Shown here piece after piece: positions 1-12,655 of a stretch of DNA of 64,000 bases (its first letter is position 1; each line of letters opens with the position of its first letter). The notes beneath the pieces are model-generated. The model made no database searches and had not been told where the DNA came from. It saw nothing but the letters and a program-made list of their open reading frames with translations. This DNA comes from Octopus sinensis (lineage: Eukaryota). The stretch is taken from positions 67,828,001 to 67,892,000 of the forward strand of contig NC_042998.1 of the NCBI RefSeq assembly GCF_006345805.1. Reading direction: 5' to 3'. The translations under genes and the position numbers were made by a program.

Positions 1-130
1 TCACCTGGTACTTATTGTATCGAACCAGGAAGGAGGAAAGGTAAAGTCTAACTCGGCGAAATTTGCTATGTAAAAAGCCCGAAATAAATGCGGCTCAGCA
101 TTTTGTCAGTCGCGTTAACGTTTCTCCGTG
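1..130 (-). mobile_element. tRNA-derived SINE fragment (family O, same family as 31861-32093)
   Basis: Degenerate match to the young copy at 31861-32093 (ggtactt..atcga..gaaagg..aaaggtaaagtc.actcggcg.aattt). Confidence 0.7.
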
Positions 131-243
131 CAAGTCGCATTATTCTTTCAGATTTTTGTTGAAAACCATAAAGTGTGTATGTATAAAGACACTCCCAAAC
201 TAGGAACGGCATGTTAAAGCTAACGCATATTTACCTGCGTATC

Positions 244-340
244 TATCTCTCTCTATCTTTCTCTCTCTCTCTCTCTCTCACTCTCTCTCTCTCTCTCTCT
301 CTCTTCCCCTCTCTCTTTCTCTTTCTCCGTCTTTCTGTTT
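244..340. repeat. (CT)n microsatellite
   Basis: Direct reading of the sequence. Confidence 0.95.
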
Positions 341-493
341 CTGATGTACTTCGAACGGGCCACTAACTTAATCTCTTAAGATGTGATTTATTTCCAATAT
401 GACCTGATAAATATGGATTTAATATCAGATTATATATATATATATATATAAAATATGTATGTTTATAGATAGATAGATACATACATACATGTA

Positions 494-524
<31 letters not shown>

Positions 525-596
525 CAATGTGTGTTTGTGCGCTCATGTGTATGTGTGTGTATGTATGTGATTGTGTACGTGCGTGTGTTTATGTAA

Positions 597-850
597 AGGC
601 ATGCTGCCTAGTGGTTAGTGTGATTCACTCACGATCTCTAGATTGTGGTTTCGAATCCCAGATCAAGCGGCGCGTTGTGTTGCTCCGGTCCACTCATCTG
701 TAATGTGATAACCATGTGACGAAATAGCTTTTCGAACAGCAGTGAATGTTGGCCTGCTCGCCTAACATGCAGAAAGGGATTTTCGAAGTGAATTACGGCG
801 AGCGATGTATAACAACTTGTGATAGTTTGGTAGATCCCGTGATACAGTGA
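597..850 (+). mobile_element. Degenerate tRNA-derived SINE (family B)
   Basis: A-box-like gcctagtggttag, B-box-like gtttcgaatccc, then gcgcgttgtgtt..gctccggtccactca shared with 12434-12655 and 50785-51090. Confidence 0.6.
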
Positions 851-851
851 T

Positions 852-905
<54 letters not shown>

Positions 906-911
906 ATATAA

Positions 912-1345
912 TAAAATTGCAACAGAGGAGAAAAAACATTCGGACAGATAAACAAAACAAAGCCAGACAAGAGAAACAACAATTAGAAGGACATGCAAAA
1001 GAAGACGCGTCATTCGTAGCCCTCTTTCGTCGGTGAAGTAACAGAAGTCACGACCGTTTCGGGCAGTTACACTTGCGACGGTTCGATCAGGTTGCCCGCA
1101 AAAAGTTTAAGCTAAGAGCATTAGACCCGTTTGGAAGAAAACTAGCGAATGTGTACGGTAACAAAGACAAAAAACGGAGAATATGGTACACAAAAAGGCA
1201 AAAAACGGAAAACATGGTACACAGTTACGAATACAAACAAGAAAATAACAACAGGTGTCTTTCGACTGAGAACGAATCCAATTGAGCTGGCGTGCATGAA
1301 GTGAAAGCCTAAAGGCGGGAACATAGGAGACGGACATAAGAAGTG
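912..1345. repeat. ~430-bp element inserted in a (TA)n tract, family unassigned
   Basis: Complex sequence with (TA)n on both sides; carries degenerate hammerhead-like words on the minus strand (see findings). Confidence 0.45.
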
Positions 1346-1376
1346 TTATAATATATATATATATATATTTATAGGC

Positions 1377-1408
<32 letters not shown>

Positions 1409-1416
1409 TTATAGGC

Positions 1417-1479
<63 letters not shown>

Positions 1480-1590
1480 CACACGCCTATACATACATAT
1501 ATACGAGAGAGGAAGATAATTGGTATTTTATATTGTGATATATAAGTATTTTACCTAAAAGGTTTATGTGTGTGGTGTGTGTGTGTGTGT

Positions 1591-1644
<54 letters not shown>

Positions 1645-1811
1645 TGTGTTCATTCTTTCACAGTGAAATCAATGAAACTGTTGAAACTTCTCTCTTTGAC
1701 GGTGCGTTAATAAATCGAAAGAATGAAGCGAATAAATAAGGATAAATGTATAAACGGTAGAAAGATGATTTCATATGAAAATCCATCGAGTGATTTATGG
1801 ATTCTTTGTGT

Positions 1812-2060
1812 GGAAGGCGCAGTTCATTTTGCAACCATGTGATTCTGGCACCTGGGGGTAAATGCCTTCCAACATTGCATCGGGCCGATCAATGCCTTGT
1901 GACTGTTTATTTCCCCACAATTTAGCGGTTCGACAAAAGAAATGATAAAATAATTACCTGACTAGAAATAAATTAAGTACTTGATTTGATTTTGTCGCCT
2001 AAAACTCTTCGAATCCGTGCCACAACATGGCAGCTTTCCAGTGACTGAAACATGTAAATA
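1812..2060 (+). mobile_element. Degenerate SINE (family A)
   Basis: ggcacctgggggtaaatgccttc..cgggccgatcaatgccttgtga and gcggttcgacaaaagaaatgata match 27522-27905. Confidence 0.6.
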
Positions 2061-2679
2061 AGAAACGATAAAAGATTGCAACTCTCTCAGTCCTACTAAT
2101 TTATGTTTTAGTAAAACAAAACACGGCAGCTATTTGTGGGAAGGATCTTTCCTGATGAGTTGCCGTCCCTCTTCGCTTTGGTATTCACTTAATTGAATTT
2201 GCAAAAGACAAACTAGCTGGAAACCATACCATAGTTTGACAGATCGCTGTTATGGTATATAACCGAAAGGGCTGGAATTCTAGACAATATCCAATAAATT
2301 TCGAAGTTGGAAACTCCCTGCAGAGCGGTTCTGAAATCTAATTGTTCCATATGTAACCAGCATCGAATAATTTTGCAAGTAACTGCAGAAACATATAACC
2401 AGACTCTGACCATATGATTCCATCACAACTAGAATTACATTTGTAACAATTGGCCTCTCGGTGGGTAATACAATTTTGGAATCGACCATCTCCTGTGACT
2501 AGCATTATCAATATAACGCACGTGGTTGTCTTAAAGAATACCTTAGGGCAATAAATTGTGTTTATTTTTGTCCATAATTCATAAGAGCCGTTATATGTTC
2601 GGCTAATCATATTAACCCTTTCTTACAAACTTGCAGCCTTTTCTACCATTTCAAGTTTTGTTTTCATCAAAGAATTTTT

Positions 2680-3020
2680 TGTTGTAGTTGCTGCTGCTGT
2701 TGCTACTGCTGCTGGCTTTGATGTTTTTGTTGTTACGTTATTGTTGCAGTTGCTACTCCATGCTGTGGTTGTTGTTGTTGTTGTAGTAGCAGCTTTGTCC
2801 TTGTTGGTTTTGTTTCCCCTGTTTTTGTTGCCGTTGTTGTTGATGTTGTTGTAGCTGTCTGCGTTATTTTTGTTGTTGTTTTCGTCGGTGTTATTTTGTG
2901 CTTATGGATGTTGTTGTTGGTGCTGCTGTCATTGTTGTTGTTGTTACCGATGTAGTTGTTGCAGCTACTGTTTATTCTGCTACTGATATTCCCGTCGTTG
3001 TTGTCGACGTCGTTATTACT
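2680..3020. repeat. Degenerate (GTT/GCT)n low-complexity tract
   Basis: Direct reading of the sequence. Confidence 0.85.
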
Positions 3021-3852
3021 GGAGCAAGTGTCGGCATAGAATCAAATATAAAGCTATTACTGTAATATGTCGTTATATCATTTTGCCTATCGCATTCCAA
3101 TTTTTTACCACGATAGATTTTGCCTATCAATTTTACAATGACGATAAATTTTGTATATAATCACATACTGTGTTCGATTTAATCTCCCCTATAAACCGTC
3201 TAACACTCTCCGTGTAAAAAAAAAACGGTATTATTTTTCTTATAAAGGGTAACGCAAAACAGTGAAACAGCATCGTCTGATTGCACACACTTGGCTGTTT
3301 TATACATTATCCTTCATACACACCATCCCATGTTTATAGAATAGATCTTAATCTTGTCGATTTTGCTGTTTTGATTAGTATTGTTGACGGGTTGATGAAT
3401 AAGCAGAATCGTGACAAAATGCTTTCAAAAGCATGGAACGCCGCAGTCAACTTAGCAATTCGACCTTCCAAAGTAACAGTAATGTGCTGGTCGAGATGAA
3501 ATCTACTGATTGTAACCCTGCCATTGCATCCATATTAGAAAGCTACAATTGGCTATATTCTTCTTGTTCTTAATGTAGACCTCATTGTTCTCGTTCTATT
3601 CATTTTTCGCTTGAATTGAAATAGAAGATAGGTAATTATATTCGTGACTTTCTTAATGTCGTTATAAGCATGAAGAAAATAAAATTTCACATCGCCTTGC
3701 CTAAATATGTTTCTATTATACAAAGCTCATAAAACATACCATCGTAATTATTAATTCCATAGTCATTAAAAAGATTACTTTCTTCACATTTAATAGTAAA
3801 AAGGAAGCATGAATTCAGCGTAAATTAATGGATATATTGTCGTATCAGCAGT

Positions 3853-3883
<31 letters not shown>

Positions 3884-4087
3884 TTATAAAGAACGCGAGA
3901 GACACACACAAAAGTGTGTGTGTGTGTGTACATGCATACAAAACGTGTAGGTAGACAATTTCGTGGTGAACTATTGCCGAGCACTTTTTTTCCCTTCAAG
4001 TAATTAGAGTCTACATACCAAATAATCGGACTAGACAATTAACATTTTCGAAACAGAATATTTATTCATAATTGGGGAACGATTTAT

Positions 4088-4143
4088 TATTACTATTATA
4101 ATCATCATCATCATCATCATTATTATTATTATTATTATTATTA

Positions 4144-4183
<40 letters not shown>

Positions 4184-4200
4184 GTTATTGCTGTTGTTAT
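4088..4200. repeat. (ATT/ATC)n trinucleotide repeat
   Basis: Direct reading; explains the poly-N/I/M ORF. Confidence 0.95.
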
Positions 4201-4330
4201 TTTTCCAACGAAGAATGGAAAGTAAGAATAAAAAAAATATATATAATAGCGCCGGATATATTCGTCTGGCAGAAATTATGTCGACAATCAATATAGCACA
4301 TTTGCATTTTGATTAAATATAAAAGCAATT

Positions 4331-4363
4331 ATGACCATATATATATATTATATATATATATAT

Positions 4364-4395
<32 letters not shown>

Positions 4396-4486
4396 ATTAT
4401 GTATGTATGTAGGTATGTATATATATATATGCATATATGTATACAGAGCTAGAGGGAAGAGATGCACGTGTGTATGTATATATATA

Positions 4487-4576
<90 letters not shown>

Positions 4577-4590
4577 CATATATATATATT
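4331..4590. repeat. Long interrupted (TA)n microsatellite (representative of dozens in the window)
   Basis: Direct reading. Similar tracts lie at about 5230-5540, 11470-11730, 24020-24120, 24325-24470, 30380-30605 and 50305-50420. Confidence 0.95.
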
Positions 4591-4838
4591 CATTGTACCG
4601 ATGTGTTTGCGTGTGTGAGTGCAAATGTAATGAAATGTAGGAAATGTCTAAAAGGTACATTTCTCTTCTGTATTAATATCTCCGTAGTTTTAAAGTAGGA
4701 TAAAAGTCGTTATTTCTACGTATTCCAAATTGACTATGGCTAAATAGCTTTACTTATTTACATACATGTTATGCATGCGCACATTCATGGATATATCCAT
4801 GCTCACACATCTTATACACAAAAGCTCACACATGCATG

Positions 4839-4911
<73 letters not shown>

Positions 4912-5267
4912 CATGTAGATTTCAAATATGTTAGGAAAATATCTAAATACATGCATACACATATACGCACACACACACTCATACGTTATTGCTTTAATAT
5001 TGCTATGCCATTTAACAAAATGTAATAGAGACGTAATGAGCTGAATCTAATTGAGACACAGGAAAATAACATCTGTTTAGTTATACTACTAGTCCAATAT
5101 TTTACGCATATATAGCAGATCCAAGTCAAGTTTTAAATTTGGCTACATCAAATATGCATAGAATTATAAATATTTATACTTCACAAGACATAATACCCAA
5201 AACTGAACTTTCATATATAGATATGCATGAATATATATATATATATATATATAATATATATATATAT

Positions 5268-5321
<54 letters not shown>

Positions 5322-5388
5322 GATATATATATATATAGATATATATATATATATAGATAGATAGATAGATAGATATGCATGAATATAT

Positions 5389-5489
<101 letters not shown>

Positions 5490-5537
5490 GGATATATATA
5501 TATATATATTATATATATATATATATAATATATATAT

Positions 5538-7086
5538 ACTGGAGCATCACTGGATGCTGGCTATATTCCAAAAAACCTTCTGTCCCAGTCTGTTGTCCCA
5601 GTTTTCAAAAAGGGAAACAAGTCCCTTGCAGTGAATTACCGTCCGATCTCACTCACCTCTCATATCATCAAGGTATTTGAGAGGGTGGTGAGATCTCGAA
5701 TAACCCAATTTCTGGAAAGCAACAGACGGCTGATCTCCAACCAACATGGGTTCCGTAATGGAAGGGACTGCCTAACGCAGCTCCTGCATCACTTTGAGGA
5801 CATTTTGAGAGCTTTGGGAGAGGGCTCCAACACCGATGTCATCTACCTTGATTTCAGTGAGGCCTTCGACAGGGTCGATCACAAGATCCTATTGAAAAAA
5901 CTATCCAACATTGGTGTCTCTGGAAAGTTACTGAAATGGATTAAGTGTTTCCTGACAGACAGATCTCAACATGTTGTAGTTGAAGGGGTAAAATCAAGCC
6001 CAGCCAAAGTCAGTAGTGGCGTTCCGCAAGGCACTGTGCTGGGCCCACTTTTTCATCATTTACATTAATGACATTAATGACATCATCAAGCACAGCAACA
6101 TAAAAATCTTTGCAGATGACTCCAAGCTACAGAAGGTCATAAATGAGGCGAGTGACCGGACATGCCTTCAGTCAGATCTACTGGCTGTTATCCAATGGGC
6201 AGAAAAAAACAATATGCTGCTGAACGAGGATAAATTTGAGCTAATCCACTTTGGAAAAGAGGATGCCCTGAAACTCCCATACTCCCTTCCTTCAGGTGAA
6301 ACTCTCGCGGCGTCCAACAACATCAGAGACTTGGGAGTAATTGTGGACAACAACGTAAGCTGGGCCACTCATATAAACACCAAAGTTGACATGGCCCGCA
6401 GAATGTGTTCCTGGATTCTCAGAACTTTCCAGTCGAGAGAATATCCACACCATTATCCTTCTCTTCTCCACTTTTGCCCGACCCCACCTTGAATACTGTT
6501 GTCCACTGTGGTCTCCCCACACAATACAAGGTATCATAAAAGTTGAAGCACCTCAAAGGGCAATCACAAAAAAGATAGATGGCATGACAGGCTCGACTTG
6601 GGGTCGACTAGAAAAGCTAAAACTCTATTCTCTCCAACGTCGTCGTGAGCGCTACATTCATCTGCATGATGTGGAAAATATTCCATCAGCATTGCCCAAA
6701 TGATGTTGGCATCACCTTTAAGGTACATCCAAGGCTTGGGCCCCGTGCCATCCGCCCAAAACAAAAATCGCACTCTCATCTCATAACAACAATACGGCAC
6801 AATTATTTCACCTCAATTGGTCCCGCTCTCTTTAACATTACACCAAAAAACATTAAAACAGAATCTGACCCTATAGGGTTCAAGAAGTCTTTGGACAGAT
6901 TCCTTCAAGAAATCCCGGATAAACCCCCTACACCCGGATATGTCTCTGTAAACAATAACTCTCTACTTGAGTGGGCCATAGTGCCCAAATTCTGACTTGA
7001 AAGACTTCACCAGGTGGTGCTATTAAGTTAGACATGGCCTGGGCCAATAATGGCCGAAACCTATCAAAGTATCAAAGTATCAAAGT
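5538..7086 (+). mobile_element. 5'-truncated CR1/L2-group LINE: RT domain, ORF2 C-terminus, 3' UTR and (ATCAAAGT)n tail
   Basis: NYRPISLTSHIIKVFERVV, NQHGFR, VIYLDFSEAFDRVDH, SGVPQGTVLGP, FADDSKL, RDLGVIVD, RPHLEYCCPLWSP, GPALFN, FKKSLDRFL..IPD. Read across four overlapping frames (frameshifts); tandem tail at ~7063-7086. Confidence 0.95.
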
Positions 7087-7184
7087 ATATATATATATAT
7101 TGATTAAGTCTTTCCTTTTGTTTTAAATATAGTGTTTTATCGAATTATTGATAATATATATTATATAATATATATATATATATA

Positions 7185-7222
<38 letters not shown>

Positions 7223-7346
7223 AAACAAGAAAATGGAAGGAACATGCTTTAATTACAAATCACAATTGTTTTGTGCATTGAAACAGCTGTTAGGTGCTGA
7301 GTTTTCCATAAAGTACTTTAATAAAAATATTATATAAATAAATATG

Positions 7347-7501
7347 AGGCGTAGGAGTGGCTGTATGGTAAGTAGCTTGCTTACCAACCACTTGGTTCCG
7401 GGTTCAATCCTACTGCGTGGTACCTTGGGTAATTGTCTTCTACTATAATCTCGGGCCGACCAAACCTTTGGTTGATGGAGACTGAACAGAAGTTCGCCGT
7501 A

Positions 7502-7598
<97 letters not shown>

Positions 7599-7885
7599 GT
7601 GTTGTATGTGTGTCTGTGTTTGTCGCCCCCAACATCGTTTGACAACCGATGCTGGCGTGTGTGTGTGCCTGTGTGTGTATGTATGCATGTATGTCTATGT
7701 GTGTGTTTCTCCTCGACTACCGCTTGACAACAGGTGTTGGTATACTTATGTCCCCGTTGATATGTTTATGTTCGACAAAAAGAGCCCATAGAATAAGAAC
7801 AAAGCTTAATAAGTGTAAGTAGTGCGGTCAATTAGCTAGACTAAAATTCTTCAAAGCCCATCATGACCGCAATCAAATGAATGAA
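7347..7885 (+). mobile_element. tRNA-derived SINE (family A) with expanded internal TA/TG microsatellite
   Basis: ggcgtaggagtggctgtatggtaagtagcttgc..gttccgggttcaatcc head; body matches 27522-27905. Confidence 0.9.
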
Positions 7886-7908
7886 AAAGGAAAATAAAAA
7901 TGAAAGAC

Positions 7909-7946
<38 letters not shown>

Positions 7947-7994
7947 CATATATATGTTTGTATGTTTGTATGTATATGTATGTATATATATGTA

Positions 7995-8700
7995 TGTTAT
8001 TTACATTTGACGGTCTGCTTAGGAGGTTGTTGTGTCCTAGCATATATGCTTCTTTTTTTAGTTTTCGTATTTTCCTGTGGTGTTTTCTGTCTATTATTTT
8101 AACTTCATCCCACAGGGGCAGGTGGTTTCCATTTTTCCATACATGATCAGCTATAACTGATTTATCAATATGCGATGTTCGTCTACCCTTATTTGGAAGG
8201 GGCAGCATGTTTTGCGTTTTTATAACCTAGCACAGCTGCATAGGATGGAGTACACGCAGTCTTTGGTCATATTCTCTTCTATTGATGGTTTTACTCGGAG
8301 ATATTTGCGAAGTGTTCTACTACTCTTGAATACTGCCCTGATGTCATATGGGTTGCATATCTTTTGTATCTTTTTGGAGAAGCCTCTCACATAGGATAGA
8401 CAAACTGTGGTTAGATTATGGGTTTCATCCTCTCTTCTCTTCATAATTGGAGTGGTTAGTATGTTTTGGGGGTAGTTGTTCCTTAATAGATTGTTACTTC
8501 GTGGTGTGTATCAGGATCGCTACTTATATTCTTTGCTCGATCTTTTAGGAACTGAGCAATCCCTCTCTTTACAACGTATGGTTGGTGAGAATTGATGCTG
8601 AGGTATCGTCCAGTGAAGGTTGGCTTCTGGTATATGGATAGTATTCCTCTATCATTTATACTATAATACCTTTCTCTCTCTATCCCCACTCCTACTTTCA
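7995..8700 (-). mobile_element. Penelope-like element remnant (RT C-terminus plus GIY-YIG endonuclease)
   Basis: IYQKPTFTGRYLSINSHQPYVVKRGI..LKDRAKNIS (PLE RT thumb region), VCLSYVRGFSKKIQKIC, DCVYSILCSC (GIY-YIG start), KSVIADHVW..NHLPLWDEVKIID..RKLKKE. Frameshifted. Confidence 0.9.
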
Positions 8701-10789
8701 AACTACCTCCACTGACCACTGACCAACATATATCTTAATTTTTCCTTTTTCTTTTCTTTATTATTTTTATTCATACCTATTTATTTTTGTTTTTTACTAA
8801 TATTCTTTCTTCTTTCTCTTTTAATTCTTTCTTTCTCTCCTCCTCTTATCTCTCTTTTTTTCTTTTTTTTCTTTCTTTGTCATTCCTCTCTTCCTGTTTT
8901 CAATTTGACCAAACCAATACACTCCCTATTTCTAGGTCAGTTTAAACACAAACCTGCTACATTCTATATAAATTACCTACTGGGATGACCAACTATCGTA
9001 TGTTCATCATTATTTACGGTTGGATTGGTTCTTTGTGAGGGCGCATCTCTTCAAGTTATAATCTCAGTAGGAATATTTAACTGTCACACCAGGATGTAAT
9101 ACATCAATGTCTAAATATACACGCGGCAAGAAGTAATGCAGCAAAGGAAATATTTAACCATGGCAATATTGCCGAGGTTGTTAATAACTACCAGTTGATC
9201 ACTGGGGTCGATGTAATCGCCTTACCTCCACCCCCGAACTTGCTAGCCGTGTGTCAAAACTTGAAGTCAACATTGTTGAGGTTTTTGTACTTTTAGTAAT
9301 ATCTAAAATGAAATACGTGGTGACAGGTGTTAGAGACGCGTGCGCTTCTGACTAGTAAAAAATCGGGAAATTTTTTAAGATGGGGTATAATCTAGAGCAT
9401 AAATGAGCCCTTTAGGTGTAGCTTACTTGAAACAGGAGCAAAATCTCTTCAAATTCTATCCTTCTGTTTTAAATCATGAAAGACACATTGGACAGTGTTA
9501 TCCAAGATACATATCATATACAATCAAACGGGATGATGAATTCTGGGAAAGCTTTTGATCAGAGGTCTGCTCCAACGGAGCTGATCTGTGGTTAAATGAC
9601 AACAACGACATCAACTACATGGGGCTTAATGATGCGATTCATTAAGAATGGTGAGAGGAAGAGATGCATCGAGTGAAATTGTGCGAATCCTGTAGATTGA
9701 TGGTTAAGATCAGTGGAGAAAGTTGCTTTGAAGTATTGATAGAAGATACAGAGAGATGACTAATGGCATCAGTTTGCTAAAGTTTGTAATATGTCTACCT
9801 GTCTGGAGTCACGTGGAAACACGTCAAATGTATCATTTCACAGAAAGTGTTAATATTTCATTCCGAAGATCGTTGAAATGTGTCTTTCAATCGATGGCGT
9901 ATATATTATATTATTATAGGTCATTGATACATAACTACTGAAGCGCTTCTGATAATTTCTATTTCCACTACTTGCTTTGTCCAATACATTATAGCATTAC
10001 ACAGTGTTTCTTTCATAAGTAATTATATTTCTTAGGGAACGATAAGGTATCACTGAACGAGTTCAAACTGCTACGTTCTGTCTCAAGATACGAGACCTCA
10101 TTCTATACTACCTTAGATCACATAGCGCTCCAACATTTTTATTTTCATTTTATATCACTTTGAGTGGACAGTAGAGGAGCTGGTTATTGATTTCTAACAA
10201 AGACAATCACTGGTTCACTGCATTTCTGACTATATTTCTGACGCCGATATTTAGAAGGGAATGACTAAAACCCCAAGAGACTCCTAACGTTCGTGAAGTA
10301 AAATACATGCTTTCGGTTTTCTTGCCAGCGTTTATGACCTTCGTCAATAAATATTGATGAAAGATGTACACATACTTCCATGTAGATAGACGTACACATA
10401 CATATATTACATAAACGCACACCTACATGCACACATGTATATACATATATATTTATATGCATATATATACATCTATATATTTAAGTGTGTGTCTGCTTAC
10501 ATAACATACACTTCCACACACACATACACACACACACACGCACGCACACACACACACACATACACAGAAATATATATTCAAAGTGCGAGGAGTAAATTGT
10601 CGCCAATTTATATTTTTAGTTTCGCGCATGTGGATTCTTTGCTTTTGATTTTGTTGATTACACAGTATAGTAGGATGAGTTGGGCAGCATCTGTGAGAAT
10701 AAGGGTACCATAATGTAATTCTATCTGCCAAAAATTTTGTGACGATGTACTACTTGGGATGTCAGAATGTTTGAGTGTCAATCTGAGGA

Positions 10790-11398
10790 GAGTGCAATAT
10801 AAGGATAAAAATCAAACATCCAGTCAACATCATGGTGTTTTGAACAATCACTAGCGATGGCGACGTTATGCCTCCATTCAGCTTCCCACACACACTCAGA
10901 CTCAACGCAAAGGCCTACATTAATTGCCTGGAAGAAGTAGAGCTGCTTTGGGTTAAGAGGGTGGCTCCTGGAAGACCGTGTGTCTAGCAACAGGACTCTG
11001 CCCCATTCCACACTAGCAGGGTTATCTAGTCATGGCTGTCAGGCAATTTCTGCGACCATATCACCCCTAACATCTGACCAACTAACTCCCCAGACTGTAA
11101 CGTCTTGATTATTGTGTGGGACGCTGTTGTGACTAACAAAACTGCTGGTAACACAAAAGACGAACTGAAGGCGAGGATTCTCGCAGCACTGACCAACTTA
11201 AACAAGAAGACCGTCTAGAAGAGTTGCAGCAGATTCCAGAGTCGTCTGGAGGTTGAAGTCAATGGAGATTGGATTGAATAAATTTACTCTCTAGTATTTC
11301 AAAGTATTCTTATTCAATTTTCGTGAATATATCTCTTAAAATGAGATGTCAGTGTTAACATTTTTGCGTAATTTAGACGACAGTTTAGTCACCGCGTC
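10790..11398 (+). mobile_element. Tc1/mariner (maT/DD37D-like) transposase pseudogene, 3' half
   Basis: KHPVNIMVF*..SDGDVMPP, QQDSAPFHTS, NFCDHITPNI*PTNSPDCN, NTKDELKARI, SCSRFQSRLE..NGDWIE*. Contains in-frame stops. Confidence 0.88.
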
Positions 11399-11426
11399 TT
11401 ATGTATGTATGTATGCCTATATATAT

Positions 11427-11465
<39 letters not shown>

Positions 11466-11468
11466 ATG

Positions 11469-11501
<33 letters not shown>

Positions 11502-11594
11502 TAATATATATATATATGTATCTATATATATATATATATATATATGTATCTATCTATCTATCTATATATATATATATGTGTGTGTATCTATCTA

Positions 11595-11664
<70 letters not shown>

Positions 11665-11961
11665 ATCTATATCTATCTATCTATATATATATATGTATCT
11701 ATATATATATATCTATATATATATATATAAACATAGTAAAAAGGTAATAAAATAAATTATTATTACCGGTGATCTAGCACAAAAGACATGTTAGCCATTA
11801 GGCTATATGTTATTCATATATAAGTACATTAAAAGGCATCTAGTACTTGCTTCTTCTTTTAGAGGCCTTTTAATGTACTTATATATATATATATGTATAT
11901 ATATAGATGTATGTATATGTATATATATATGTATGCATATATATATGCATAAATATTAATG

Positions 11962-11999
<38 letters not shown>

Positions 12000-12433
12000 C
12001 ATATATATATATATATACATATATATAGTAAAAGCAATTAAGATTCAAGTGATTTCTGTTGAATTCACATGAATGCGGTACTTAACTTAGATGCACCAGA
12101 AATCTATATGGTGTTAACCATAAGATAATGCGGGGTGATTATAAATAAGAAAAAAGCAACAGCAATGGATCAATATTTCGGTACAATTGTTTTGTACGAA
12201 GACAGCTTTATTAAGGCTGCAAATATTGAAGTAAATATAAGTGACCTGTACTCATTAGCCGAAAAAACATCTGGGTTCTCCAAACATCTAAAAGTACCAA
12301 AACATCTGGGTTCTCTAAACATCTAAAAGTACCAAAAATACTTGTGATCTGAGTGCAAGAGTACTTCTCCAGAGTGGCAGACTGAGATTGAGCCCTAGAA
12401 ACTTAATCATACAATAACCTGTGAAACTTAATA

Positions 12434-12655
12434 ATACAATAACAAATAAATGTTTCCTTCTCGAATCATGCGAGTCTCATGAGGGCCGATTTCCCGGTTT
12501 CAATGGCGTTACTCATTTTCACCAGCTGAATGGACTGGAGCAACGTGAAATGAAGGTTCTTGCTCAAGAACACAACGCGTCACCCGGTCCAGGAATTGAA
12601 ATCACAACCTTACGTTCTTGAGTCTAACACCCTAACAACTAAGTCACGCGCCTCA
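12434..12655 (-). mobile_element. tRNA-derived SINE (family B) with 14-bp target-site duplication
   Basis: TSD tgtgaaacttaata at 12420-12433 and 12656-12669; tRNA-like head; core tcttgagcaagaaccttcatttcacgttgctccagtcca. Confidence 0.88.

Noticed and set aside
2612-3252. ttaaccct.. / ..aaagggtaa as piggyBac-like ends (also a gggttaa end at ~56457-56463)
   Set aside because: TIR match is too short or degenerate, and no partner end was identified for the 56.4-kb site.
12264-12333. 35-bp direct tandem duplication (a similar ~28-bp one lies near 41950-42010)
   Set aside because: Ordinary local slippage duplication.
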